Source of the DNA: Squalus acanthias
Lineage: Eukaryota
Reading direction: 5' to 3'
Assembly (NCBI GenBank): GCA_030390025.1
Contig: CM059432.1
Location: forward strand, 122,390,001-122,454,000
DNA: 64,000 nucleotides
Under the pieces are notes generated by a model. It made no database searches, had not been told where the DNA came from, and saw only the letters and a program-made list of their open reading frames with translations. The translations under genes and the position numbers were made by a program. Shown here in pieces: positions 1 through 13,931 of the stretch (positions within the stretch are counted from its first letter, which is position 1; every line of letters starts with the position of its first letter).

Positions 1-137
1 CTCTGTCAAACAGAACAATAACTGCACTGCACGCTGTGGGAATTTCCTCCTAGCGGCTGCTGCTCCACCAGCGTAACTTCACCAGAAACCCCGATTACAT
101 GTGTAAACAAGAGTTTCGCCGCACTTCTGATGGAGTG

Positions 138-840
138 GCAACAACAACGTCTTGCAGTTATATAAAGAAAGACTTGCATTTATATAGCGCCTTTCACAAG
201 CACTGGACGTCTCAAAGCGCTTTACAGCCAATGAAGTACTTTTGAAGTGGAGTCACTGTTGTGATGTGGGAAATGCGGCAGCAAATTTGCGCACAGCAAG
301 CTCCCATAAACAACAATGTAATAATGACCAGCTAATCTGGTTTTTTTTGTTATGTTGGTTGAGGGATAAATATTGGCACTTTAAATGTGGTAAAACATCA
401 CAAGGTGATTCACAGGAGCGTAATTAGGCAAAATATTTGACAACGAGCCACATAAGGAGATATTAGGACAGGTGACCAAAGGCTTGATCAAAGAGGTAGG
501 TTTTAAGAAGTGTCGTAAAGAAGGAAAGAGAGCAGTAGAGAGGCGGAGAGATTTAGGGAGGGAATTCCATAGCTTAGGGCCTAGGCAGCTGAAAGCACGG
601 GCGCCAACGGTGGGGCGAAGGAAGTCAGGGATGCACAAGAGGCCAGAATTGGAGGAACTAGAGTTCTCGGAGGGTTGTAGGGCTGGAGGAAGTTACAGAG
701 ATAGGGAGGGGCGAGGCCATGGAGGGATTTGAACACAAGGATGAGAATTTTAAAATCGAGGCATGTCAATGTAGATCAGCAAGCACAGGGGTGATGGATC
801 AATGGGACTTGGTGTGAGTTCGGATACGGGCAGCAGAGGA
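138..840 (-). mobile_element. L2 LINE 3' fragment
   Basis: Minus-strand peptides FKILILVFKSLHGLAPPYL and GARAFSCLGPKLWNSLPKSLR resemble the L2 ORF2 C-terminus; (caa)n-type tail near 138-149. Confidence 0.8.
165..377 (-). mobile_element. 3' fragment of tRNA-derived Deu-type SINE, inserted in the tail of an L2
   Basis: Reverse complement matches the 3' half of the full SINE at 32879-33345 (gcatttatatagcgcctttca...aatgaagtacttttgaagt...cacagcaagctccca). Confidence 0.75.
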
Positions 841-1162
841 ATTCCCGGAATGTTAGGCAGACAGAACGAACCAAAAAAGATTTTTGGTTTAAAAAAAGAA
901 GAAATTCAAGAAAATAATTAAAGTAGAAGGAAAGGTCTGGGTGGTACTTTCAGTATAAAGTATAAAGTATTTCCTCACCTGTATAATTTCAAAAGAAAAT
1001 TTGTGTCCCTTTGACCTTGTCAGGGACAACTTCAATGTAGGCATCCATTTGCATCTTATGGAGTGGTATTTTGTATGTGAAATTCTTGGGGCCGTGGAGT
1101 TAGACCTAAGGCTCCAAATGAGGCCTGAGCAATGCTCTGAATAATTGGAATTTCAGGACCAT

Positions 1163-1893
1163 TGGTGTGAATTTTAAACCCCAAAAACAGGTGGGTTTGG
1201 GTCGGGTGAGATGTTAAAATTTTAATAATCTCAACCTGACCCCAACCCACCCACTTCCGGGTTTAATAGAGGCAGGACAAGGGGCGGGCAGCCAACCCGC
1301 TCCAGGAGGCCGGTTGGCCATTCAAATATTTTAATGAGGCTGGCAGCCTCAGATTTAACCTTATTCACATATTTAACCCTGGCCGGCCAGGTTTCCCAGG
1401 CCTCAGGAAACCCTGGCAGTTCAAGGGAGGGTTTGGGGAGAAGAAAGGTGCCTTTACAGCACTGCTTGTGAGCTTCACCCGGCGCCCCCCCCCCCCCCAC
1501 AAGCTTACCTTCCTCCCTTGGAACGGATCCCCCCGCCCCGCCCATCAGACCCCCCACCCTATACAAATAACCCCCGATTTGCGATGAGACCCCCCCGTCA
1601 TCCACCGGGTCGGGGATCGGAACCCCCCTGCCCCCCCACCCACACACACACTCCCATTAGCAGCTGCAGGCTCCTTACCTGGGGCTGCGGCCTGCCCTGG
1701 AGTGCTCCCCGCCCGACTGGAAGCCAGGCCTGTCAATCAGGCTGACTTCCGGGCGGGGATCCTGCTGTAAAAATAAATATGCACACTGCGGAGTCAAAAC
1801 CCCACAGCATGTGGGGAAACAAGGACTTGCGAAACTTCACTCCCCCTCCCCCTCCCCACCGGCTTACCAAACCCGCCCCAGTCAAGATCGGCG
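1163..1893. mobile_element. Non-autonomous DNA element (Harbinger-type MITE), degenerate
   Basis: Starts GGTGTGAATTTT like other termini in the window; GGGTGGG/CCCGCC subterminal motifs; GC-rich against AT-rich flanks. Ends approximate. Confidence 0.5.
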
Positions 1894-3429
1894 TGTTACA
1901 TTTGGGGCACACCACCTTAGGAATTGCATGAGGTCATCATGGTCTGACTCACCTGCTGGGGGAGTGGGGGCTGGTGCCGATTCCTCTGGATGATCACTCG
2001 CCCCTAGGCGGTGGTGAGAGGGAGTCACACACCCTCTGAACTGTACCATTTTTTATATGATTGCACACAACATTGGTCTCTGTTCGGGAGACTGATTGAC
2101 TTATTAGTAAAACAATGTTTACAGCACTGCTTTAGATAAATACAAGAAAAGAGTAGTGACGCTATGCATTCAATAACAATTGTCCTTCATGCTGAATCAA
2201 TTTGTCGTGCTTTATTGTGGCGAATGCAGCATCTTGGTTGGAGGTGAAGTAGCAGCAATTGCAAATAAAACACAAATAACACTTTGAAAGCATTCATTGT
2301 TTGGAGTTCATTTCTGCTGAAGATGCCAACTTCATAATCGCTAATGGTTTTTGTTAGTCATGGACAGGTACAATTCCAATTTGCATCGAAGGTCCAGTTA
2401 CCATGCAACAGTTTTGTTTTATGCTTTCATTTTGAACTTGAAATTATTCAAGCCTTTTGATATTAATTCCCATTTGCAGCTCTTGGGGAAATCTTGGAAA
2501 TACATCAAAATATTACTGCACTAACGTTGGACTAATGCCACTGCTGGGCTCCTCCTATCAACCTTAGACTTGGTGACACCAAGTCATTCTGTTAGGTTTC
2601 ATGTCCAAGATTGCCAGACTGTTTATATATTGCAATAAAGGCAAGAAAATACAAATTATGTAAGTGTTCAGTGTTGTGATAAAAAAAACAAGCTTTGATC
2701 AAAATACAATAACAAGAAAAATTGAAAAAAAATCCACTGAAGAGAAAATGATCTTACTTGCCTTAACATTAACCTGCCTTTTTCTTTCATATACATACAT
2801 TCATTAAGGGCCCAGGGAGTAAGAAAAGTCTACCACATATGCTGAAGACGTTCCTTTTCCCAACATTCATTATTAATTTATGATTTATGCTGGCATTGTC
2901 TGCTTTTGAATGTGATGGACTACATTATTAAAACAGCACAGTTCATGATGAACAGAGTTGATTGCACTATAAAAAGCTGCAACTCCCAGATATCTAACAG
3001 CATCTAAAAGGTTACGGTGTGAACAATTTAAATGGTCCATACTTTCACACTGCTCTGCAAAATATGTACATGTAGCTATGCAATAGGCAGACCCATTGTA
3101 ATTATTTAAAAGACAGTTGAAAATTAATTATAGGATGAATAATTTCAGTAGTCACTGACCATCTTTGGGCAATATTTTACTCTGTTTGAAAGAACGAGAC
3201 AAATGCCTATTTTTATTTTTAATTCAGATCATTTATATTCCTCCTTTTCAAATATTTACCCTTTTAAATTTTGATCTCATCTCTACCTCAATAGCCACTT
3301 GTGGTGAAACATCTCATGATCTAATTGCCCTCAGTTCAAGACCCTTCCTTCTCCCATTCCCCAGGTTTCACTCACCTCTTTACAGGCTTCTCCTCTTAGG
3401 ACACCACTCACCACACTGATGATGCTGCT

Positions 3430-3720
3430 GCTGATTCTGGCTCTGCAAGCAATGCTGGGCCCCATGCCCACCCCATTCCCCCATCTCCCCTGACTCCCTA
3501 TTCCCATTCCCCGCTCTCCCCAAACCCCATCGCCCCCTCGCTCCCCTACCCTCATCCCCCTCTCCCCATTCCTGTTTCCCACTCTTCCCGAACCCCCAGT
3601 CTCCCTCTCTCCCCTGACACCCCCACCCCTGACCCCCAGTCTCCCTCTCTCCCCCCACGCACCGCCCCCCCATTCCCCTGTCTCCCTCTCTCCCCCCACC
3701 AGACTCCGAACGACCCTTGT
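3430..3720. repeat. C/T-rich low-complexity tract with imperfect repeats (cccc-ag-tctccctctctcccc)
   Basis: Directly visible composition; lies within a GC-rich element of ~3360-3960. Confidence 0.7.
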
Positions 3721-4823
3721 CTCCCAAGCTCACATCCCCTGACTCTCGGTTGTTCCCGGAACACCAGCCGGTCCCGGCTCTCTGGGAGGTGGAGTGGGGT
3801 GAGATATTGGAGCAGGAGGGTCGCTGCTGCAGCGGGAAGTTTAAGGCGCAAAGATATCCCGGGCAGCAGTCCCATTCCGAAATTGCCTTAACCCCCCCCC
3901 AGCCATGCTGTGCGCCCAGTGCATACATAACCAGGCCATCTAAAGTCCAATGTGCTTGCCTGCAAGTAATGAGGAAATTTGAACGGCATATTGATTTCAC
4001 AAGTTATGGCAGTGCTTTTCTAAGGAACTTGTATGAGTTAATGGGCATCGTTGTGTGAAATCTCAAGAATTGCACACAATTTGGGACATTTCAATCTCTA
4101 TATTAGACGCAAATTCATTACGAGCAGGTACTTAGCAGGTTATTAGTGTATTATTGTACTTAGTTAACAGGGTTGGCTGTATATGTATCAAAGTACTCTG
4201 TTGCTATTCTTTTCCTGTAATTCTCTTTTGAGAATAGTTCTGTTTGATTAAGGATATGTTAACAATATTGTAATGATGTAAATATACCATAGTAGGTTCA
4301 GTAATAAGGGGAAAAGTCTAAAAGCAGTAAAGCATCTAGGTTTAATTAGCTACTTTAATGATAACTTTCTCACATTGGCAATAATTTGCTCAAACTATAA
4401 TGCCCCAGTTATACTGCAGGTTTTGTATCAGAGCATCACAGTCCTTTGCACCATTCTAAGGCAAAACTTGCATTATACAATTCCATTGATCTGGCATTGT
4501 AGCTTTGAATGGCTTCAAATAGTTTGAGTCACTAGTAGGATAGCTGGCCATTAAGCACAGCATAGATATCCTGTAAAACAAAATATGCATTCTTGAGGTC
4601 TGCAGAACTGAAACTCAGACAAAGTACCTATACACCCTAATGTTACCAGATCAATGGAGATGGAGCAAGCTGGGCTGGGTCTGAGCAAGACCTCTCAAGG
4701 TTATAAACTGCGAATTGAGTAGTGCTTTTGATTTTGCAATACAAAGACGAACAAGCAGGAAAAGCCTTGGAACAGTTTGGGTCAGAGTCCTAATAGTGAA
4801 TGGGGCACCAGATAAAATATGTT

Positions 4824-5720
4824 GGGGTAAAAATTCAGTTGGTTGCGCCTCCCGTTAGCGTCTTAAGAGGGCGCTAATGGGGCGCAAAGCCGCTAACGCC
4901 CGGGCGCAGCGATGTTTGCGCCGCTCGAGAACTTAACTTGAGATTGTGCGGCGGCGCTAAAACTTACCGCTGCGACCACCTGCGCGCGCAGATTGTGACG
5001 TCATTCCATGGTGCAACGCCCTTGTGGCGCCCCGGAGCGGAAATTGAGTGGCGCCCCCTGCCTTACCGCCTGGCGCTTCCAACGACCAGAAGACTGGAAC
5101 GCTATCAATCGCTGTGGGGCTGGGGGGGGGGGGCGCTATTTAAAGGGGGCCTCTTCCTGTCTTTTATTGTTGGTGGCATTTTTGAACTACGCATTCTGAG
5201 AGAGAGAGGGAGAGACTTCTGGAGAGATTCAACGTTGTGTGAAGGAGTTTTGGGTACTGAGCAGCACTTTGCAGGTTCATTTTGATTTGCCATTCCTTGT
5301 ATCGATTTAGCAGAGACTGTGGGAGCTGCACTCTGAGCTCTTTGCCTGGTACTCTCCATTGTTCTTTCCAGCACATTTGATGTGCAAGTCTCTCCAGGCC
5401 GAGATTCAAGGCTGCAATGAACAGGATGTGGATGGAAAGCAAGATTAACCATCCCCTTTAAGAACTGGCCCGTGCCATTGTGTGTGTGTTCCATTGCTGA
5501 CTGACATTACATGAGCTTCGCCAGCGCTCTGAGGTAGCGCCTCACTCCTTGGCCTTTGCGCCTTAAGACAGGTGTGCAGCGCCTGCTTTAGCGCTCCACT
5601 CACCTCCCGGGGCGGTAAAAGTGAAGTTTCCAGTCAGTGCCGATAATTAGCGCCAGGCGCTAATATTTGCGTCCAGACGATATTTGCGCCCCAAATGGGG
5701 CGCGACCTAATTTCTACCCC
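4824..5720. mobile_element. Harbinger-type MITE with 3-bp TSD GTT
   Basis: TIRs GGGGTAAAAATT / AATTTCTACCCC; GTT on both flanks; outer arms similar to the MITEs at 16457 and 24839. Confidence 0.85.
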
Positions 5721-6129
5721 GTTGTGTCTTGCAACAGAAAGACTAAAGAACAGGAAAAGCCTTGTCGGCAATTGTGGCCACAACCTCAGTGTCTTGGTCG
5801 TGAACTAGCACCAGCCAAAAGAAGTATAGCACCAAGCCATCATCAAACTAATTGACATCTGGCAATTATTGTTTTTGTCACAAGCCTATCTATTTAAGTG
5901 CAACATTTTACAGGATTAATATGATTAAACTAATCCTCTTACTATGGCAACTAAGGTTTGGATCCTTGAGTGACTTTGCTTTAGTATAGTTTAAGGTGTA
6001 AAGTCATGCTTTCTTTCACATCCCTAATTTAGAGTAGAGAAAGGTTAAAGAGAGAGAGAGAGATTCCAAGAAGATTCCAAGAACATGTTAGGAAGCTTTC
6101 TAGAAAGGACAGGAAGTTAAAAAGAATTG

Positions 6130-6745
6130 TGTAGAATTTACAGGAAAAAACAGGACATTTGGCCCAACAGGTCTATGCTGGTGTTTATGCTCCACACAAG
6201 CCTCCTCCCACTTTACCTCATCTCACCCTATCAACATATCCTTCAATTCATTTTTTTCCTCATGTACTTATCTAGCTTACCCTTCAATGCATCTATGATA
6301 TTCGTCTCAACCACTCTCACCTCTCTCTGAGTAAAGAAGTTTCTCCTGAATTCCTTATTGGATTTATTAGTGATAATCTTATATTTATGGCCCCTAGTTT
6401 TGAACTACCCCACAAGTGGAAACATCGTCTCTACATCTACCCTATCAAACCCCTTCAGAATTTTAAAGACCTCTATCAGGTCCCCTCAGCCTTCACTTCC
6501 AGAGAAAATAGCCCGAGCCAGTTCAGTCTTTCCTGACAATTGTACCCTTTCAGTTCTGGTATCAACCTTGTCAATCTTTTTTCACTTCCTCCGGTGCTTC
6601 TCTATCCTTTTTGCAATATGGAGACCAGAACTGTGCACAATGCTTTAAGTTTGGTCTAACCAAGGTCCTATATAAGTTTAACATAACTTCTCTGCTTTTC
6701 AATTCTATTCCTTTTGAAATGAACCCCAGTGCTTAGCTTGCATTC
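6130..6745 (-). mobile_element. CR1 LINE 3' fragment, degenerate
   Basis: CR1 3' motifs in reverse (aagaagtttctcctgaattcc, ggagaccagaactgtgcaca = CAQFWSP). Confidence 0.8.
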
Positions 6746-7078
6746 AAGAAGTTGTAAAGATTTTTTGCAGCAGTTCAGCAAACAGCAGAGAGAATGTTAA
6801 GAAGTTGATCAAACAGAATTATACTTGTAATGTGTATAACAGCTATTAAGTAATAGCTTCAGTCTCTGAATCTGGAGAAAAAAATATAACACGACACAAT
6901 ACAGAGACTTGAGGTGCATGTAAAGTTAGTTAAGCAAAGATGAGAAGAACACAACTAAAGAAAACAATTGGACCAGGGCAACAACAAATTGTCAAGGGTT
7001 TCGGCAGAGATGAAGCTGAGCATCCTCCTACAAGAAGGTTATGCTACAGCAGCCCGCTCATCAAAAAGATGTCAGCTG

Positions 7079-8998
7079 CTTTTCCTTTATTTTGCCCTGC
7101 CAGTGTTTTTTCATGTCCCCTCTTCGCTCTCCTAATTTCTTTTTTAAGTACCCCCCTGCACTTTCTGTACTCCTCTAGGGCTTCCACTGTTTTTAGTCCT
7201 TTGTATCTGCCAAAAGCCTCCCTTTTTTTCCTAATCCATTCTTGTATATCCCTTGACATCCAGGCTTCCCTGGGCTTGTTGGTCCCACCCTTGACCTTTA
7301 CGGGGACATGTTGGCATTCTACTCTCTCTATTTCCTTTCTGAAGGACTCCCATTGCTCTGATGTGGATTTTCCTACAAGTTGCTGATCCCAGTCCATTTT
7401 GGCCAGATCCTGCCTTATCATATTAAAATCGGCCCTCCCCCAGTTTAGAACCTTTATTTCCGGTCCATCTTTGTCCTTTTCCATGACTACCTTAAATCTC
7501 ACCGAATTATGGTCACTGTCACCAAAATGCTCTCCTACTGACATATCTACCATTTGCCCGGCTACATTTCATAGAATTAGGTCCAGTACCGCCCCCTCTC
7601 TTGTAGGACTTTCTACATGCTGGCTCAAAAAGCTCTCCTGGATGCACTTTAAGAATTCCGCACCCTCTAAGCCTTTCACACTCTCACTATCCCAGTTAAT
7701 ATTGGGGAAGTTGAAATCCCCTTCTATTATTACCCTATTATTTCTACACTTCTGAGATTTGTCTACATATCTGTTCCTCTATCTCCCCCTGACTGTTTGG
7801 GGGCCTATAGTACACTCCCAGCAAAGTGCTTGCCCCCTTTTTGTTTTTAAGTTCTACCCATATGGCCTCATTAGAGGAACCTGCAAAGATATCATCCCTC
7901 CTTACAGCAGTAATTGACACCTTGATTAATATTGCGACACCCCCTCCTCTTTTACACCCCCCTCTGTCTCGCCTGAAGATTCTATACCCCGGAATAGTGA
8001 GCTGCCAGTCCTGCCCCTCCTCAACCATGCCTCTGTGATAGCAACAATATCATACTCCCATGTATTCATCAACACCTTCAATTCATCTGCCTTACTCGCA
8101 AGACTCCTTGCATTAAAATAAATGCCATCCAGCCTTGCCATACTCCCTTGTGCCATTACATATTTGCTCTGCCTTCCAGGCTGACTTGTTTTTTCCTCTA
8201 TATTTGGCTGTGCATCACCCCCTACTATAGCTCCACTCCATATCCCATCCCCTTGCCAAGTTAGTTTAAACCCCCCACAACAGTACTAGCAAACCTCCCC
8301 GCAAGGATGTTGGTCCCGTTTCGGTTCAGGTGCAACCCGTCTGACTTGTACAGGTCCCACCTTCCCAGAAGCAGACCTAGTGATCCAGGAAACTAAAGCC
8401 CTCCCTCCTGCACCAACTCTTTAGCCACGCATTCATCTGCTCTATCCTCCTATTCCTATACTCACTAGCACGTGGCACCGATAGTAATCCAGAGATTACA
8501 ACCTTTGAGGTCCTGCTTTTTAATCTGCTGCCTAGCTCCCTAAATTCTTGTTGCAGGACCTCATCCCTCTTTCTACCCATGTCGTTGGTACCAATGTGAA
8601 CCACGACCTCTGACTGTTTGCCCTCCCCAATCAGAATGCCCTGCAGCCGTTCAGTGACATCCTTGACCCTGGGACCAGGGAGGCAACATACCATCCTGGA
8701 GTCACATCTGTGGCCACAGAAACATCTATCTGTTCCCCTTACGATAGAATCCCCTATCACTATTGCTCTCCCACTCTTTTTCCTCCCCTCCTGTGCAGCT
8801 GAGCCACTCGTAGTACCACGGACTTGGCTCTTGCTGCATTCCCCTGAGAAACCATCTCCCCCAGCAGTATCCAAAACGGAAAATCTGTTGGAGAGGGAGA
8901 TGGACCCAGGAGTCCTGCACTACCTTCCTAGCTCTTTTACTCTGTCTGGCGGTCTCCCATTTTCTGTCTGCCTGTGCACTCTTTACCTGCCGGTGTGA
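7079..8998 (-). mobile_element. CR1 internal fragment (ORF1 esterase + ORF2 APE endonuclease), missing both ends
   Basis: GDSIVRG/HIGTND esterase motifs, VYYRPP and SDHN endonuclease motifs; near-identical to 21659-23580. Confidence 0.9.
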
Positions 8999-9634
8999 CC
9001 CCCTCACCCCCACCCACCCCCCTCGTTGCCAAGTGCTGTCATCTATTGAAGTCTACTTTCTCCTGTAAGAAATGAAACAGGGATGAGGGTTATTAAATGC
9101 AGAGTAGTGACATTTAATAATTCCATGTCTAAAGGGTTAGTAAGAGATAAAATTAGAGTAGATGAGGAGGCATTGTAGCTTGGGAGCTTTTAATAGTGGG
9201 TGTGCTTGTGCTGTGAGAATGAGTGGTGGTGAAAGTTAGAAGAGTAAAGGCAGGAGGTTTTCAGGACTTGTGCAAAATAATAGTGATTGTGAGGGAGAGA
9301 TTGAGGTTATCACAACAATCACCTTATCCTTGACGGGACTCAGTCGGCCAATACCCTATCTTACCTTTCCTGGCAAGGTCAATGAACTTCTCTCAGCAAT
9401 GTATTCAGCACAGTCGACTTTGGCTGTAGCATAAAATGGGCACTAGTGAATCGACAGCCTGTTTTACACCCTGTCCGATTTTCTTTTCCGTGGAAGACGG
9501 GCGGGATGTAAAACAGGTTTTGCCGATTCACTGTCACCTGTTTTGCATTACCGGCAAATTCGAATTTCACCCCTACCTCTCCACAGCTTGCAACAATACT
9601 TCTGTGCTCACCTCCTCAAACTTCATAGACATAT

Positions 9635-9913
9635 AGAAACATAGAAACATAGAATCTAGGAGCAGGAGTAGGCCATTCGGCCCGTCGAGCCTGCTCCACC
9701 ATTCAATACGATCATGGCTGATCATCCAAATCCAGTACTCTGTCCCTGCTTTAATCCCCACAGTACACATATCCCACCCTACCCCCGTAACCCCACGTAT
9801 TTAATTCCCCCTAACATATCCCATCCTATCCCCATAACCCCACATATTTAATACCCCCCTAACACTAAGGGTCAATTTATCATAGCCAAATCAACCTAAC
9901 CCGCACATTTTTG
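9635..9913 (-). mobile_element. 5'-truncated V-SINE with CR1-derived tail, TSD GACATAT
   Basis: Near-identical to 25852-26130; GACATAT at 9628-9634 and 9914-9920. Confidence 0.85.
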
Positions 9914-12900
9914 GACATATGCCTTCCTCTTCCTACTGCTGCCACGCGAATCTGCCAGTGAAGCAGAAAAACACCACCAAGAGATGGAAAGTGATAAACA
10001 GTAAGAGCACACACATTCCAGGTAGCTTTCAGTCATGAGTACATTGAAAGCATTTTATACTAAACCTTCATGCAGCTTTAATGTTTTTACTCTTAAAGTA
10101 TCAACAGCAGCCAAAACAATCACTTATCTTCTTGCAAGAACCTGAGGGCCAGTAATTAACAATTGTTCTACAGTAGATCTTTGCAGTTACCTATAGTCCC
10201 ATTTAATCAGCCTCGGGCCTTGAGTAGTGACTGATTTTCCTGTCAGCTGGGTCATCTGCTCCAATTGAACACCTCCACAACATATTGGTATGGTCTTTTA
10301 CTTGCCTATGTAAACAAGGGCCACCAGAAAATCCACGGGCTCCAGTGCTTCCCGGGGTCGGCCACACTTCCAGTGCACTGTACCCACACAGTAGCCACCC
10401 AGGAAAATCAGCTCTCATAAGTTTTATATTCCTACCTCAGAGGAATAGGTGAATGCAGAATTTATCAGTAACATATTGAATACAAACTGTACCCAACCTT
10501 GCTAAAGTGCAATGTTGGAAGTCGATTGTAGCTCTATATTGCTATCAGTGAACAAAAACCCATGTAAAACTAAGGCAATGTATTATTCTTAAGAACCTGT
10601 ACCTAATGCAAATCTTAATGCTTAACCTTATATTTAGCATATAGAATAAGTCTTGTTTAAATAAAGTAACATTAGTTGCTGCACCTCTGCGCATGACTTC
10701 ATCTGTGATTCCTGGCACGTAGCAGTTTTATGCCTCAGTGAACCATCTTGGGACATTTTTCTATGTGAAAGGCAGTATATAAATTAATTTATTTTGGTTG
10801 CTACACCCAGTGTTGTACTGCGTTCCAACATTTCAATTGTGACGGGTTGCGCTTTTGCAACTGTTGACAACAATTAGGAATGGGTATTGTAAGATGATTC
10901 AAAGGCCTGAACTTGAATGGTAAATCGGCAAATCAATTCTCTTGTGTAAAAGTGTAAAAATGGGGAAAGACTCATCCAAAATCCATTCATTAATATTTAT
11001 TACATATTTCCGATTCATTAATCTTACAGACGATGAGTAATATGAACCAATTTGAAATTAACTGCAGCCAGTTCTTGGGGAACTTCTGAATCCATAAACT
11101 TTAAAGATTGAATATACTTGGATAGTTCACACCTCTCACTTTACAATGACTGAAAATCTAGTGTGCCCTTCACTGCCTATTCTTTTCAATCATTGGAGAT
11201 CTCAGGTTGGAGACTGATGAGCAGAGAGCTCTTCCCATGAATCTGAGGATTTTACGCATGCTCCACAATAATCCAGGTAGATGGCATCACCACTGTTTGC
11301 TCAAAGGTATTGTTGATATTGGTGCAGCATAACATCCAGCCATTCTGTGGCTTGATTCCAATGTGATCCTATCACCAGCTGAGTGAAGGCTGAAGTTATT
11401 TACCAAAGCATGTTGGTATGATCTATTTCTTGTCTCATTGATATTTTTTGATGTCACAAACCTTGAATATTTCAAAATGGCAGAGTTGCCAAAGTGTTCA
11501 AATCTAATTACTTTTCCAAAGACACTGCAAAATGAATCATGTGGGGCAACCTGGGGAGGGCAGAAGAAGCCAAGTAGGTCTATTGTTTGGGCACAATAGA
11601 GCTTAAGAGCTCAGTGGTTAATTTGTTGCTGAGGGCCCTCCCCCTCATTGCCGCCACTGAAGTAAACCTGATAAGCAAGACCACTAGTTTATGATGACTG
11701 AATAAGTCAAATTCTGTTTTCATTATATGCGAGTCCAGGGTTTATACTGGTGTTATGCATTCCACGATTCTGTCTATTTCTCTATGAAAAACCTGGCTGA
11801 TAATGTGTGCTTTTGACGTTGCTTGTGGAAGAAGAAGGAATGCTCAGTGAAGAGCCAGCAAATTAAGGGATCGGCAATTGAATAGTGGGGATGGATGAAT
11901 GAATATCCTGAAGTTTTACTTAATTACCTTCAGAAATCAGACAGTTTCTCTCCAAAGAATAAATAGGTAGAATACAGCTCACAATGCAATAGATTATACA
12001 TGGAAGGAGCGGGCTTGATAGGAGAATGGTTTTCTTCATCCATACTTCCTTATGTTCTGCAGGATAGCGCATCAGGCTGATATACAGCCTGGCATGTAGC
12101 CTGGGCTGTGCTAAATGACAACCTTTCCTGTGTTTCAATAAAGTACTTTGTATTCAGCTGTCTGTAGAATTTCATTTGAACCTAATAACAAAAACGGCAT
12201 TGGATAAGGCAGTGGAGGATGAGTGGGCCCTGTTCCACGTGCAGTGGAAACTTATTGCAGCAAAATCTTTTGCCACAACAGAGGGCCACTGCATTCGGAG
12301 CGAGCTGATTGAGTTTGATGGCATCAAGAAAGCAGCTAGTTCAAGTTCATTAACAGCAAGCAATCAGTTCAATGTGATATTGTTGCACTGTGAGCCTTGA
12401 TCAAACAGTGAGCCAAATACTCTAAGAAGGCTTGTTCTTCAGGCTGTGAGCCTGATCTGAAAATGACTGCCTGCTTTGCAAAAAAAAAAAATCTGATTTT
12501 GCAAAATACACTGCAGTTCTCAGCCAGATTGTTTCCTGGAGTTGAATTTAAATTAACACTTAAAAAATAATTAAAAGAACTAATCACCGCACAGACAGTG
12601 TTTTACGACTGCAGGAACTACTTTTCATGAATCTATGAGGTGCATTCCTTGTGGGCTAAACAATCAAAGATTAGCAGCATGATTTCACTATAAGCAGGTA
12701 ATAATTTCACTGTAGCAGGAGTGTCATTACATTCAAATATATAACCCATGAATGAAGATATTAAAATTTGTATGGGTTTTCATTATGTACATATATGTTT
12801 GTAAAACTGAAATTTGTGGACCCATTATTGCTTAAATAGCATAACTGTGAAAAATAAACTTGCTACACCATATACCAACTGCAACAGATGAGGTGCATTT

Positions 12901-13387
12901 ATTATCGAGTAGTTAGTTTAGGGATAGTTTTTATTTCAGTTTTTTCATGGATGAATGATCTAAGTGAATTTCAGCTAACATCTTTCTGGTGCTGCTGTTC
13001 TAATGGGTTTGGGTGTTTTTGCGAAATCTAATGCTGCCTTTAACTGGGAAAAGGCAATTTACTGTGTTCACTGAAGTAAGGCATGAAGATATAACCTTTG
13101 TTATTGTTTCTCCTCGATACTGTGTTTGGGAAATGAATACCCTTGTGTTTGATTCTGTTATATGTGTATTGTAACGCTGCAATGCTGTTCCGATTGTCTA
13201 TTCAAAGATAACTGATGGAAAAGGAGTCACATGTAAAGGAAACAGAACAAACCATAGAGCAGTGAGACAATATCGAGTGGAAAGTTTGGGTATCTTAGAA
13301 ACATAATGCATATATTTAGCATTATGATTTGAGTGGGTTTACTTTGTCTCATAGATGAATATGAAAATTCATGGAAGAATACCACGG

Positions 13388-13930
13388 CCTGGATTTTGCA
13401 TTGGGAATAACGGTGAGGCTAACAGTGCCCACCGTTATTATGGAGTAAATCGGACAGCAACATCTGGAGTACGCACATGCGCAGTTAAACGTGGAAATCC
13501 GGAAATTGCGGTCTGGGTTGCCCAGCTTCTCTACAGGCTGCACTATAACAATACCTCATTGATAGATTCAGCATTGAAGTCCATGTAAGGGCGTGAAGTT
13601 GCAATACTTATCCAGTATATACCCACTAAACAGGCCAGAAAAAGTTAGGTCTTCCGCATTCTGGTATAAGTGCATTTTTAATGGCATGATAAGTCATAAT
13701 TACTGCCAAACAACCCCTCTGGCATTTAAAATTTACCTTTACAAGCGTGGAGACTCATTCCTTCAAAATTTAATTAGTGTTGGAGATGTAAAAAAAAATT
13801 TTTTTTTTTTACTTTTTCTGTCTGTCTCTTTTATCTCTTTCTCTCAATCTCATTTGTTTCCTTTTCTTTCTGTACATGATTTAAATCTACTTTATATTTC
13901 CTGGTTTATACTTACTGGTTTAGACACTGC
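13388..13930. mobile_element. Non-autonomous DNA element fragment with Harbinger-like terminus
   Basis: Begins GGCCTGGATTTTGC, similar to other TIRs in the window; second terminus not found. Confidence 0.45.
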
Positions 13931-13931
13931 A

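Noticed and set aside
2480..2660. Exon-like AG...GTAAGT interval
   Set aside because: Stops in all three frames from the strong acceptor; the shorter alternative is unconvincing.
3331..4058. Gly/Glu/Arg-rich ORFs
   Set aside because: Artefacts of a low-complexity C-rich tract.
9360..9425. Minus-strand exon-like segment ending AAG/GTAAGA
   Set aside because: Reads like a decayed Myb motif (KFIDLARK), so more likely a Harbinger remnant than a host exon.
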